Below are positions 9,401-18,466 of a stretch of DNA of 64,000 bases, in pieces. The notes under the pieces are model-generated. The model saw only the letters and a list, made by a program, of their open reading frames with translations. It ran no database searches and had not been told where the DNA came from. The translations under genes and the position numbers were made by a program. The stretch is taken from positions 1-64,000 of the IMG/VR virus record IMGVR_UViG_3300023208_000003; one strand, given 5' to 3'. Position 1 is the first letter of the stretch. Every line of letters starts with the position of its first letter. This stretch comes from a virus.

Positions 9401-11330
9401 TGTAGGAACAGTAAGCTCTGCAAGAATAGTTGTAAATGCAGATAATATTGATTTAGCAACAACAGGAGTAACTGCCAGTTCTGGTTATAATACATTTACT
9501 GTTGACGCTTACGGTAGAATTACCGCAGCAAGTACAACCGCTTATCTAACTAGCAATCAAAATATTTCAATTAGCGGTGATGCAACTGGGGCTGGTACAA
9601 CAAACATTGCGTTAATATTAGCAAATTCTGGTGTAACTGCTGGTACTTATAATACAGTAACAGTAAATGCGAAAGGTTTAGTTACAAGCGCTACAAATAC
9701 TGCGTACTTAACGTCAAATCAAACAATTACATTAACTGGTGATGTAACTGGTTCTGGCACAACGTCAATTGCAGCAACTTTAAATACTGTACCTATCAAT
9801 AAAGGTGGAACAGGCGCCACTACAGCTTTAGCTGGTTTTAATGCAATTTCTCCATTAACTACAAAAGGCGATATTTTAGCGCACACTGGAGCTAATAATG
9901 TTCGTGTTCCTGTTGGAGTTGACGGAACGTTCTTAAAAGCCGATAGTACAAATATAAATGGTGTTTCTTGGGCAAGTGCAATTACAACTGATCAATTTGT
10001 TAAAATTTCAGCAACTGACACTACGTCAGGTTATGTACTAACAAAATTAGCTGCTGGTAATGGAATTTCATTAACACAAAATAATATAGGCGGAAATGAA
10101 ACTGTAACTATTGCAAGCACGATAGTTACGGGTAATGTTGCGGCTTTACAAGTAAGAACAACTACAACGGTAGCGTTATCTTCAACTGCTGTTTCAGTCA
10201 CTTGGGGAGTCAACGATTATGAAAATTTAGCAAGTGTAATTGATTGGACTACCGGCCCTAATATAACTATTGGTGAAACTGGACCATATCTAATTACTTA
10301 TACCTTACCATTTGCGGCGTTAGCTGGAACTAGAACAATTACAGCGTCAGTGCGTGTAAATGGTGGAACTGTTATAAATGGCTCACAAAAGTCAGTTGCT
10401 GCTTTAGCATCATGTGCACCAGTTCTAACAAACACATTCGTTGTTAATTTAACAGAAACAGATATTTTAGATTTACGACTAGTTTTAGCTTCAAACACTG
10501 CTACCCTTGCTGCTGGTGCCACGTTAACTATCACTCGTTTAACTGGTATGATTGGCCCAGCAGGACCTCAAGGTGTTCAAGGTATAGCAGGACCAGTAGG
10601 TCCTGCTGGGTCTCAGGGTGTTCCAGGTCCACAAGGCCCAGCAGGTTCAGGCTCTAATATTAATGTTCAGAATGAGGGAACTTATGTTCTTCCTGGTTCA
10701 TATACAGCGTTAAATTTCGTAGGCAACGCAGTAGAAGCTGTAAATGGTTCGGCAGGCGTTGTAAATATAACAGTTGACCCTAAAATGACAAATCTTTCTG
10801 ATGTTGTTATTACATCACCTGCTACAAATGACATTTTACAGTATAACGCAACAACTAGCAAGTGGGAAAATAAGGCGCTTGGCGCATATAATATGGTTGG
10901 CAGCTTGTTTACGCTTGATATGTGCGCGTATCAAACAGTTAGTAATAAATATCTCGGTGCTGATGACGTTGTTGCGAATTCTGACGCAATGCAGCATATT
11001 ATACCTTGGGATTGTAAATTAGTTGCTTGGACTTTTAGCTCAAATACAGCAAATGTTGGAACAGATTTACAGCTTAAGATGCTTCCTTGGGGAACAGGTA
11101 ATACGTCAACGTTAATTTATACCTGGCCATTACGAAATACACGTATTGCAAGAAAAACAACATTTTCACCTAAAATAACCTTTTCTGCTGGTGATAGAAT
11201 AGCACTTTACGCATTAGCTGTTTCTGGACAAACTAATCCAGCTGCAGTTAATTGTACGCTTCACTTTATGATTACTGATGATGCCGGAGGCGATGACGAC
11301 ACTAATTGGACTGGCACTACAATTGTTTAA
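6435..11330 (+). CDS. long tail/whisker fibre-like structural protein
   Basis: 1631 aa, T/G/A rich; two copies of an AATKQYVD...RVLVKNQT...NGIYV...WTR module, repeated GTYxxxTVDxxGR motifs and a short collagen GxY run. Confidence 0.8.
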   Translation: MASRLDRAFNSDAISINDELLIFGGSTNPVTNAEEAPIGSLYLQTNGNIWLKIGVNNTDWTSLPLVDSKVSVSINDAAPGNLLSKLSTSSNFYVNVANGSANEQLTIDLSPTGITAGTYKSVYVDTFGRVTAGTNPSTLAGYGIVDAQGLNAALTAISNLTTPGLLTLTSTGVIVSRSLSSTTLSITNPAGTAANPTIDLSTIGTPISDGFVRITTDVYGRVITSSAPNSTNITTALGYTPVNKAGDTMTGILTLSADPTNPLDAATKQYVDNAITGLDMKQSVRVATTANITLSGTQTIDSVAVVAGNRVLVKNQTTASQNGIYVVAAGAWTRAPDADNSGNGSEVTANLYCFVEEGTTNADSGWVLTTNNPITLGTTGLTFTQFTGTGQITAGAGLTKTGNTLDVGTAAVGRIVVNADNIDLATTGVTAGTYNTITVDVYGRATSGSNTVYLTGNQTITLSGDVTGSGTTAITATLATIGAGGTGTKITYNAKGLVTGSSTLVAADIPNIDWSKITSGTPTTLAGYGITDAVRNAGSSPSIQQGIISAMPAAGTLGRLYYATDAFAWYRDNGTTWDLITPALSGDIIKAAGSIVTTLASVGTPGTYNNVTTDLKGRVISGSNVAYLTGNQNISISGDATGSGTTSIALTLATVNSNIGNFGGAVSVPIITVNGKGLITAVSSQNINFPVTSVAGKTGVVSLTSTDVGLGNVTNSLQVINAGNSPSIASGTLAGRPVAGTTGRLYIATDIFSIYRDNGTTWDLIIPAFSGDISTSAGNVVTTLSNTGITAGTYSKLTVDAKGRATAGTNLAQTDITTALGYTPVNRAGDTMTGLLTLSGDPTDALHAATKQYVDNALSGLIIKDACRACTTANITLSGLQTIDGVALAANDRVLVKNQTTASANGIYVAATGSWTRAEDANNVGNGNEVKANIFTFISEGTTNADTGWVLTTNNPITLGSTNLTWTQFTGSGAIGAGAGLTLAGTTLNVGTVSSARIVVNADNIDLATTGVTASSGYNTFTVDAYGRITAASTTAYLTSNQNISISGDATGAGTTNIALILANSGVTAGTYNTVTVNAKGLVTSATNTAYLTSNQTITLTGDVTGSGTTSIAATLNTVPINKGGTGATTALAGFNAISPLTTKGDILAHTGANNVRVPVGVDGTFLKADSTNINGVSWASAITTDQFVKISATDTTSGYVLTKLAAGNGISLTQNNIGGNETVTIASTIVTGNVAALQVRTTTTVALSSTAVSVTWGVNDYENLASVIDWTTGPNITIGETGPYLITYTLPFAALAGTRTITASVRVNGGTVINGSQKSVAALASCAPVLTNTFVVNLTETDILDLRLVLASNTATLAAGATLTITRLTGMIGPAGPQGVQGIAGPVGPAGSQGVPGPQGPAGSGSNINVQNEGTYVLPGSYTALNFVGNAVEAVNGSAGVVNITVDPKMTNLSDVVITSPATNDILQYNATTSKWENKALGAYNMVGSLFTLDMCAYQTVSNKYLGADDVVANSDAMQHIIPWDCKLVAWTFSSNTANVGTDLQLKMLPWGTGNTSTLIYTWPLRNTRIARKTTFSPKITFSAGDRIALYALAVSGQTNPAAVNCTLHFMITDDAGGDDDTNWTGTTIV

Positions 11331-11348
11331 AATTAAGAGATAAATTAA

Positions 11349-12284
11349 ATGGCAAAAATAATAAAAATTACAAATCAAGCTCATCGAGATTTAACAATTC
11401 TTGGTAAAACAATTCTTGATGGTGAAACAATTGTTTTAACTCCAGCGGAAATAGATAGTTGGCGACAAAGCGAGGAAGCATTTGATCATGTCGCTGATAA
11501 AGAAGTGCTAGTATCAAATGATAAAATGGATTTTACAAATCCAATGCTTGGGTGGAATTATATTTATGGTGAAGATCTTCCTATTTCTGAAGTAGGAAGC
11601 AAAGTGTGGGTTCACAGCTCATCTAAACCTGTTATTCCTGGAAAAGCCCTTTATGTTCAATGGATTGGTCGTGGTGATGATATAGTTAATCATGTTTTAG
11701 GTCATGGTGATTTACTTCATTTTGAATTAACAGCTGGAACGCCTGTCTTATCAAAAGACATTAAATTTGATCCTCTTTTTGGAAATGTCTACGTTCACGA
11801 AGGGTACTGCTCATGGCATAATGCAGGTTCAGGCGACACAATGTCTGCTTTGATTATGGCAGAAGCAACTCCACTTCAACCGTATATAAATTTAGATTTA
11901 ATTATTGATGAAAATGGAAATGTTCATTATTCACCGCAAGGGTCTGGTACTGGAACCCACGGTTTTGCTGCAGTACCTCATTTACTCTCTAGATCATATT
12001 CACAAGATGGAGAGTGGGATTATGATGAACAAAATGGTCTAAGACCAAACTTTACGAATACTGGATTATATAGAATATCAATCTATGAACAGGTGGTTCA
12101 CAGATTTGTAAATGATGCTCCTGTTTTCGGAACATCTGATAATTTTTTCCGAATGGTTTCTGAAGACACATTTTTGTTGCCTCTTGGTTATTTCATGAGA
12201 ATAACAGCTAATAATAATTCTAATTCAAATTGGCACTCAAGCGTAATGATGACTGTTTATCGTGAAAGAACTTTCCAACCATAA
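11349..12284 (+). CDS. hypothetical protein, probably structural
   Basis: 311 aa, directly downstream of the fibre gene. Confidence 0.7.
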   Translation: MAKIIKITNQAHRDLTILGKTILDGETIVLTPAEIDSWRQSEEAFDHVADKEVLVSNDKMDFTNPMLGWNYIYGEDLPISEVGSKVWVHSSSKPVIPGKALYVQWIGRGDDIVNHVLGHGDLLHFELTAGTPVLSKDIKFDPLFGNVYVHEGYCSWHNAGSGDTMSALIMAEATPLQPYINLDLIIDENGNVHYSPQGSGTGTHGFAAVPHLLSRSYSQDGEWDYDEQNGLRPNFTNTGLYRISIYEQVVHRFVNDAPVFGTSDNFFRMVSEDTFLLPLGYFMRITANNNSNSNWHSSVMMTVYRERTFQP

Positions 12285-12315
12285 GGTAAAATAGTGAATT
12301 ATTTAGAGTTTTAAA

Positions 12316-12678
12316 ATGCCAATTAACGCATGTTCGATTAACGGATTTACGATAAACGGCATTCGTTGCAGTTCTCGTTATTCACACATTATTCCGCCTA
12401 TTTTAGAAGAGGATGCCAAGCCGTTTTCCATTCCACAGCTTATACCTCAGCGCTGGAAAGGCGAAGAAATAGAAGTTGAATCACCAATTGAAACATCTGC
12501 AATTAATGTAACAATTGAATTTAATGGAATCAAAGGCTCTGTTACACATGATGTTGACAAGTATAATCCAACAGTGTTTGTTACTGGCTTAACAATGACA
12601 TTAGCTTCTTCTAATGTAACAATTGAAAATCTCGTAATAAATAAGAAAGCAGATTACGAAACGGAATTTGACAAATGA
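12316..12678 (+). CDS. hypothetical protein
   Basis: 120-aa ORF in the same run. Confidence 0.65.
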   Translation: MPINACSINGFTINGIRCSSRYSHIIPPILEEDAKPFSIPQLIPQRWKGEEIEVESPIETSAINVTIEFNGIKGSVTHDVDKYNPTVFVTGLTMTLASSNVTIENLVINKKADYETEFDK

Positions 12679-13478
12679 CAGATTTTACCTACAACATTGG
12701 TGATACTGTAGAGCTTGACTTTACAGTAAATGTAACAGGCACTAGTGCTAAACCCGCCCTTGTGCGTGTGGTTTTTTCATTACCAGGTGGTAATCAAGTA
12801 AGCATGCCTGCTAACGAAGTTGGTGACAAGCACAAGGCTATTTTTCATTTTGATCCTTATTTGTTTAGTGATGATGGTGAAATTCCGTTTAGAATTGAAG
12901 TTTTAATTGGCAATAAGCTATTTGTACCTATTAAGAAGAATGTTATATTAAAGAGAGTTTTACGTGATTTACCAAAAGACGAAATTAGAGATATTCCAAA
13001 AGACGAAGTAATAAATATTCCAGATAATCCGTTTACAGTAGAAAAGTCTGAAAAAATTGTTTTACCTAAAATTAAACAAAATGCATTTGCCGAATTTGAA
13101 CAAAGTTTACCAGTTCCTAAGATAAAACCAAGATCTGAAGTAAATTACACTGAACGTTTAGAGACTTTAAGAAAACGTCGCGACGAAACAAAAGAAGAGT
13201 TTAAAGAAGACATAAGTAAAGCAATTGAAGAACCAATAAAAAAGATAGATGTTTCACAAGAAATTATAAAATTGTTTACTAACATTGAAAACGTTTCAAT
13301 CAAAAAAACTGATATAGTAAAAGAAATTTCATCTAAATTACCAACAATTTCAGACTTAGAAGAAAATGTAAAGTTAGAAACTAAAACTTTAAATGAAGAA
13401 AAGAAATCAGTTAAAAAAGTAAAAATTAAATCTGAAATTCCATTTAGCATAACCCGTCAAAAAATTATAATGAAGTAA
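12675..13478 (+). CDS. hypothetical protein (beta-rich N-domain, charged C-terminal half)
   Basis: 267 aa, ATGA overlap; ATAAATA at 12637-12643. Confidence 0.7.
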   Translation: MTDFTYNIGDTVELDFTVNVTGTSAKPALVRVVFSLPGGNQVSMPANEVGDKHKAIFHFDPYLFSDDGEIPFRIEVLIGNKLFVPIKKNVILKRVLRDLPKDEIRDIPKDEVINIPDNPFTVEKSEKIVLPKIKQNAFAEFEQSLPVPKIKPRSEVNYTERLETLRKRRDETKEEFKEDISKAIEEPIKKIDVSQEIIKLFTNIENVSIKKTDIVKEISSKLPTISDLEENVKLETKTLNEEKKSVKKVKIKSEIPFSITRQKIIMK

Positions 13479-13481
13479 AAT

Positions 13482-13637
13482 ATGAAATCATACTCTGACA
13501 ACATGTTATCCACCGAAGACATCACGGCGCTACGTAAACAACAAAAAGTAATGAGAATTTGTCTTCGATCGTTTATGATAATTTCAACACTTAATCTTAT
13601 AGCGACAAGTTTTCTATTTTTTAAGTTGTTTTATTAA
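13482..13637 (+). CDS. small protein with a hydrophobic C-terminal helix (below the ORF-track cutoff)
   Basis: Translated by hand: MKSYSDNMLSTEDITALRKQQKVMRICLRSFMIISTLNLIATSFLFFKLFY (51 aa); starts 3 nt after the upstream stop and ends at the terminator. Confidence 0.5.
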   Translation: MKSYSDNMLSTEDITALRKQQKVMRICLRSFMIISTLNLIATSFLFFKLFY

Positions 13638-13680
13638 AAAACAAAAAGCTACCATTTTCACGTGGTAGCTTTTTGTTGTT
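13636..13680. terminator. intrinsic terminator, probably bidirectional
   Basis: aacaaaaagctacca / tggtagctttttgtt stem with A-run and T-run flanks. Confidence 0.85.
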
Positions 13681-13688
13681 ATTTTTTA

Positions 13689-13716
13689 TGTACATTTTTT
13701 CAACATTTGTTATAAT
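13689..13716 (+). promoter_or_regulatory. sigma70-like early/middle promoter
   Basis: TGTACA-N16-TATAAT with extended -10 TG. Confidence 0.7.
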
Positions 13717-13754
13717 TCTTAATAACGATAACAACCTCAAAAAGGTACACTACG

Positions 13755-14024
13755 ATGAGCCGTTCTAACAACACCAACCAAGGTCGCATTTCCAGGCTTC
13801 ACAGCAGCAAATGGTCCAAATTGGTTAATGGTCGCTACAATGGCACGCTTACTCTTGATGAACAAGCCGATCTTCAAGAGGAACTCGACACTACTGGTTA
13901 CGTTCCCACTGGCACACTTCGCTTCGGCAACAATCGTGGGTACGAGCGTGATCTCAAAACCGAAGCTCGACGGAAACAACGTCGTCAAAAGCGCGTCGAA
14001 TTTTTCCAAGAACTGGATTCTTAA
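13755..14024 (+). CDS. small basic hypothetical protein (early/middle)
   Basis: 89 aa, own promoter, AAGG SD, Arg-rich C-terminus; locally GC-richer (45% and 53% in two 60-nt spot counts). Confidence 0.7.
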   Translation: MSRSNNTNQGRISRLHSSKWSKLVNGRYNGTLTLDEQADLQEELDTTGYVPTGTLRFGNNRGYERDLKTEARRKQRRQKRVEFFQELDS

Positions 14025-14026
14025 AA

Positions 14027-14056
14027 TTGTATTTTTTCTGAAAATTGTGTTATAAT
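14027..14056 (+). promoter_or_regulatory. sigma70-like promoter
   Basis: TTGTAT-N18-TATAAT with extended -10 TG. Confidence 0.55.
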
Positions 14057-14088
14057 AATTTCAGTAAAATCAATTCTGGAGAATTATC

Positions 14089-15204
14089 ATGCTGCCCAAT
14101 TTTCCGATCATTACGACAATTGATGATCTTCGCTCGCACGTAAGTCACCTTCCCGAAATTCGTTTTGCTGTCCAGCCAAATGGATACACAGTTGTTTGTG
14201 CAATGATCGCCGACACTGATACCTACGCTGGACCAAGCGCACCTTGGGCTCGCGAATGTCGCGGTATAACCTTTGACAAAAATGGTTTAATCGTAGCCCG
14301 TCCACTTCACAAGTTTTTCAATATGAATGAACGTGAAGATACGATGGAACATAAGCTGAACTTTAACGATGCTGTTCGCATTATGGACAAGCGGGATGGA
14401 TCAATGATTCACCCCGTAATGATGGCTGATTGTTCGGTTGTAATGAAGTCAAAAAAATCTTTTGAAAGTGACGTTGCAATTGCGGCAACTAAGTATCTGC
14501 AAGCAAATACGTTAATTAAGAATTTTTGCGAGCGGATGACGGCACACGGTAAAACACCAATTTTCGAATATACTGCGCCTACCGCACGAATCGTTCTTGC
14601 ATACCCTTTTGAAGAACTACGGCTACTTCACATACGTGATAACCTAACTGGTGAATATCTCGATCTTGACGTTTTTGCGCCTAACATCCCGCGAGTTGAC
14701 AATACGAATTACGTTGATTTAGCCCCGAGCAAACCAAATTTTCTATCTTCGTTGAAAACTCACCTTGAGCTAGATTCTGGATACGAAGGCTTTGTAATTC
14801 AGTTCAGCAACGGTGATATGGTAAAAGCGAAGACTGCCTGGTATCTTGATCTTCACCACAACGTGACATTCCCTACTTACCGGTCTGTCGCAACGATGGT
14901 GCTCAATGAAACAGTTGACGATTTTCGGTCTTACCTACACCAAGCTGGTGAAAATGATCGTCTGTTAGAGATCATCAAGATAATCGAAGATCAGGTAGTC
15001 AGTGAGCTCAAAGTTATTGAACTTGACATTGAATCTGTGCTTCAAAAAGACGGAACGCTTGAACGCAAGAATTTTGCTATCAAGTACCGCGAGCACAAGT
15101 ACTTCGGACTGCTAATGGCCACGTATGTTGGCAAGGAACCAAGCTACCGTGACTACTATACAAAAAATCTGCTGAAAGATCGTTTCTCAACGGATCAAAT
15201 CTAA
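14089..15204 (+). CDS. rnlA: RNA ligase, T4 Rnl1 family
   Basis: ECRG, KFFNMNE, motif I KRDGS, motif IV EGFV and motif V KAKT. Confidence 0.85.
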   Translation: MLPNFPIITTIDDLRSHVSHLPEIRFAVQPNGYTVVCAMIADTDTYAGPSAPWARECRGITFDKNGLIVARPLHKFFNMNEREDTMEHKLNFNDAVRIMDKRDGSMIHPVMMADCSVVMKSKKSFESDVAIAATKYLQANTLIKNFCERMTAHGKTPIFEYTAPTARIVLAYPFEELRLLHIRDNLTGEYLDLDVFAPNIPRVDNTNYVDLAPSKPNFLSSLKTHLELDSGYEGFVIQFSNGDMVKAKTAWYLDLHHNVTFPTYRSVATMVLNETVDDFRSYLHQAGENDRLLEIIKIIEDQVVSELKVIELDIESVLQKDGTLERKNFAIKYREHKYFGLLMATYVGKEPSYRDYYTKNLLKDRFSTDQI

Positions 15205-15482
15205 TGTGCAGGGTTCTCAACAAACATCACGACCAAATTCCTGCTGATGCAGTTTACATTGGCAGACCATCTAAATGGGGGAATCCCTTTGTAATTGGTC
15301 GCGATGGTGATAGAGAACAAGTAATGCAAAAGTACTGCAATTGGATTGTAACACAAACTGGGTTAATCAGGGACGCTCAGAGAGAACTTGTAGGAAAAGA
15401 TTTAGTGTGTTATTGCTCTCCGCAAGAGTATCATGGCGATATTCTGCTAGCAATTGCGAATGCGGAGTTTATTGAGTTGTGA
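15204..15482 (+). CDS. DUF4326-like protein
   Basis: VYIGRPSKWGNPF and LVGKDLVCYCSP..HGD signature. Confidence 0.8.
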   Translation: MCRVLNKHHDQIPADAVYIGRPSKWGNPFVIGRDGDREQVMQKYCNWIVTQTGLIRDAQRELVGKDLVCYCSPQEYHGDILLAIANAEFIEL

Positions 15483-15493
15483 GGTGATGTGTC

Positions 15494-16558
15494 ATGATCA
15501 TTGTTATCGCTATAGTAACTATTATTTTGATGTTGAATGCTTTTAGATTAGCAAGAAAATATGCTAATTGGCACACACACCCAACTATTAAAAAATTTCA
15601 TTTTACTTTTTTCGTTCTTCTTTTACCAGCTATTGTACTGATTGCTTTATGTTATTTAGAAGAAGTAAAGATTGAAATACCTCACTCAATTCAATCTTTT
15701 ACTTCAGATAGACCAAAATGTTCTGCTGGAATTGCCGAAATGCAAAAACGAGAATATAGCAGTTCATTTGAAAATTTTTCAAACAATAATGGTTCAAGTT
15801 CAAAAGAATATACAGATGCAATGGATGCACAATATGGAATTGGTAAAACGTGTTGGACTGAATGGGACATTAGATACGCTATAGCAGACAACATTGAAAG
15901 ATCTATATTTTTTAATTTGATTTTTGTCGGGTTTCCATACGCAGGTTATGTTATTGTTGTTCTAATATTCTTTCCAATGAATTGCTTAAAAAACAATTCA
16001 TTGACAGATGTTGAAAGAGAACAAATTGAAATTTTTGGTGGTCATATTAACGATTATGAACAACTAGAGCAAAATGTAGATCCGCACAGACGACCTGATG
16101 ATACAAGTTTTAAGCGAGTCGGGCTTGACTCATATCTCAAAAATAAAGATGATCCTGAGTTGGTGTTAGGCCCAACTGATATCACACGGATCGAAAATCT
16201 TGAAAATTTATTTTATAAAGAATTAGAAGAAGAGTGGGTTGCTGAAGGTCATTACTATGAAATAACACCCGATATTGAAATCCAGCATGAGCAAAGTCAT
16301 GAATTTTGGGAAGACATTAGAAGTTCTAACAAAAAGCACTACAAAAAGAAGAAGTTGGTTCCTATATCAGTAGCATTAGAAAAAGATGGAAAACGCTATG
16401 GTAGATTTGAACATTTTCCAGTTTTTTTCTATGGTTGGAGATTCAATGATGAACCTTACAGAATTAAAGCAAAGCTAATGGCTATTGCTCGAGTATTTAA
16501 TCTAAGTGAAGAAGAAACTAAAAAGTTTGTTAACGGTAAAAAGCTTTGTGTTAATTAA
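15494..16558 (+). CDS. hypothetical membrane protein (about 3 TM segments)
   Basis: 354 aa with hydrophobic stretches near residues 1-20, 35-55 and 135-165; GAGG SD. Confidence 0.7.
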   Translation: MIIVIAIVTIILMLNAFRLARKYANWHTHPTIKKFHFTFFVLLLPAIVLIALCYLEEVKIEIPHSIQSFTSDRPKCSAGIAEMQKREYSSSFENFSNNNGSSSKEYTDAMDAQYGIGKTCWTEWDIRYAIADNIERSIFFNLIFVGFPYAGYVIVVLIFFPMNCLKNNSLTDVEREQIEIFGGHINDYEQLEQNVDPHRRPDDTSFKRVGLDSYLKNKDDPELVLGPTDITRIENLENLFYKELEEEWVAEGHYYEITPDIEIQHEQSHEFWEDIRSSNKKHYKKKKLVPISVALEKDGKRYGRFEHFPVFFYGWRFNDEPYRIKAKLMAIARVFNLSEEETKKFVNGKKLCVN

Positions 16559-17457
16559 GCTTGTGCAACATTTTTGAAAATTACTACACACGCAATTTCA
16601 CGTGGATTGCAAAGCTTTAGCAGTCTAACAGTATCTTGAAGACTTGTTCCACTTGCGTAAATATCGTCTAAAACAAACACTAGCTCGTTTTCTAAATATT
16701 CTAAAGCATCGGTATGCTCAGTAGGAAAATCCATAAAATTCTTAAAGAATTTTCTATAAGGTGCGTAAATGCGTTTTACTGCTAAAGAACCTTGTCCACC
16801 TGCTATAGCACGTCGAGCTGTTGCAAATATTTCTTTTTTTGTTTTATCAGTTAATGAATTCCAATCTGGATGTTCAGTATTGACTACAGAATTAATATCC
16901 AATTCATTTTCGTGATTTAAATTACGTTTTATAAACAAATCATCAACAATTCTGATTTCTCTTTCAATTTTAGGACGTAATTTGTTTACTACATCTTTTA
17001 AAAATGGTGAACTTGAACGAGGATAAACTAAAAATGTTGGTTTAAATTTTTTAGCATGTGGAGTGTCTTTTACATTTAATAGACTTTTTGGTAACCAGTC
17101 TGCTAAATAATTTACTACAAAATTTATTAACTTTTCATAAGTTTGTGAGTTAATATGCAAATGAGCAAAATCTCCTCTTGGCGGAAGTCCTTTAATAACT
17201 CTAAGCATTTCAGAAGTCAATTCTGTTCTGCGATATGTACAAACAAAAAACAACTTGACCTTATCTTCACCAGTTTCTTCATTAGGCCATTTTTTATCGC
17301 TTGAATAACCACGTGCTTTAGATGCGGTGCTAATCGCGTCTGTCATTCCGCCAGCAGATGGATCACCTTGCTGGAAAATTAATTCACCATTTTCTTTATT
17401 AACATGAATATGTTCAACTATAAGTTGCTCTAGAAATTCTTTAAGTGAAAGTTTCAT
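16555..17457 (-). CDS. type I phosphoribosyltransferase-fold protein
   Basis: PRPP-binding loop FVLDDIYASGTSL; N-terminus MKLSLKEFLEQLIVE. Confidence 0.7.
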   Translation of the reverse strand: MKLSLKEFLEQLIVEHIHVNKENGELIFQQGDPSAGGMTDAISTASKARGYSSDKKWPNEETGEDKVKLFFVCTYRRTELTSEMLRVIKGLPPRGDFAHLHINSQTYEKLINFVVNYLADWLPKSLLNVKDTPHAKKFKPTFLVYPRSSSPFLKDVVNKLRPKIEREIRIVDDLFIKRNLNHENELDINSVVNTEHPDWNSLTDKTKKEIFATARRAIAGGQGSLAVKRIYAPYRKFFKNFMDFPTEHTDALEYLENELVFVLDDIYASGTSLQDTVRLLKLCNPREIACVVIFKNVAQA

Positions 17458-17490
17458 AAAAATCCAAATGGTTAGAAATTAAATTTGAAA

Positions 17491-17506
17491 TATTTATTGA
17501 TAAATA
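17491..17506. promoter_or_regulatory. back-to-back late-like promoters
   Basis: TATTTAT 17491-17497 and ATAAATA 17500-17506. Confidence 0.65.
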
Positions 17507-17524
17507 GTTGAAATTAACAATTAA

Positions 17525-17746
17525 ATGGAAAATACCATGCTTTTTGAACCGAATATTCCAGCCATTATTTCATCACACCCTTTAATTAACAAGCCTGTTA
17601 CTTCTACAGCTCGCTTGCTTTCCGTTGTCACTCTAAAAGATTTGTCTCAAGTCGAATTATACATTGATGACAAAAAATTCTACGGAGTTGTTATTAGCTG
17701 TCCAATCGGTCGTAATGTAATTTTTCCCATTTTAAATACTCAATGA
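17525..17746 (+). CDS. hypothetical protein
   Basis: 73 aa, downstream of ATAAATA; 3' end overlaps the NTase gene. Confidence 0.5.
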   Translation: MENTMLFEPNIPAIISSHPLINKPVTSTARLLSVVTLKDLSQVELYIDDKKFYGVVISCPIGRNVIFPILNTQ

Positions 17747-18466
17747 TTTGTCGTGAAGATGCAGTTCTAGATCACTTAGCTTATCGAGATAACCAATATT
17801 TCTGATTGCTTTCCAAGCTAAATTTTCCACTGAATTTTCGCCCCCGTTAGAAAGGCCGGCCTGACGAAGTTGTTTTAATTTTGATTTGATCTGTTCAACT
17901 GCGGAATAATCATCGGCGTGATTATCAAGCAGATCATCTATTTGCTTTTTAATTTCTTCTGCTTTTGCTTTTACGCTAATGTTGTCATAAGATGGTCGTT
18001 CGCTGCTAGGCTTTTTTAACCAGCTATTTGAGTTCAAGCTATACACTCCAGCAGCTATCAAATCGTCATCATCTGGTTGTGCGTAGAGTTCCACTGGGTA
18101 ACCTTTTATCGTTATATTATGTTCCATATTCCATAATTGTTTCTTAGCCCAGAAACAATCCAGGATGAAATCACCTTCGCAAGTCGGGCAAAAGCCAGGT
18201 TCTTTTTCATTTACAACAATGTGAAGATCAATGTCAGAAAAACCTACTGCGTAGTTGAAATTACAATTTGACCCGGTAATGATTACATCACTTACTGCAC
18301 TTTTTGAAATCTCTAAAAATTCGATAAATTCATCTGCTATTTTTCTGAGAGCATCAGCAACCTCAGGTCTGAGTTGTTCACCATCCCAAAGCGCAGGATT
18401 TAAATCGCTGTGAAACTCAATGTGAGTTTCAAAATCATCATTAATAAATTGTCTAAACGTAATCAT
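17732..18466 (-). CDS. Pol-beta superfamily nucleotidyltransferase
   Basis: hGS..DhD motif TGSNCNFNYAVGFSDIDLH and third acidic residue in VELYAQ; N-terminus MITFRQFIND. Confidence 0.75.
   Translation of the reverse strand: MITFRQFINDDFETHIEFHSDLNPALWDGEQLRPEVADALRKIADEFIEFLEISKSAVSDVIITGSNCNFNYAVGFSDIDLHIVVNEKEPGFCPTCEGDFILDCFWAKKQLWNMEHNITIKGYPVELYAQPDDDDLIAAGVYSLNSNSWLKKPSSERPSYDNISVKAKAEEIKKQIDDLLDNHADDYSAVEQIKSKLKQLRQAGLSNGGENSVENLAWKAIRNIGYLDKLSDLELHLHDKSLSI

Noticed and set aside
15421-15440. DUF4326 protein has YHGD where the family usually has CHGD
   Set aside because: Single TGT-to-TAT change; cannot distinguish a variant from an error and the family function is unknown.
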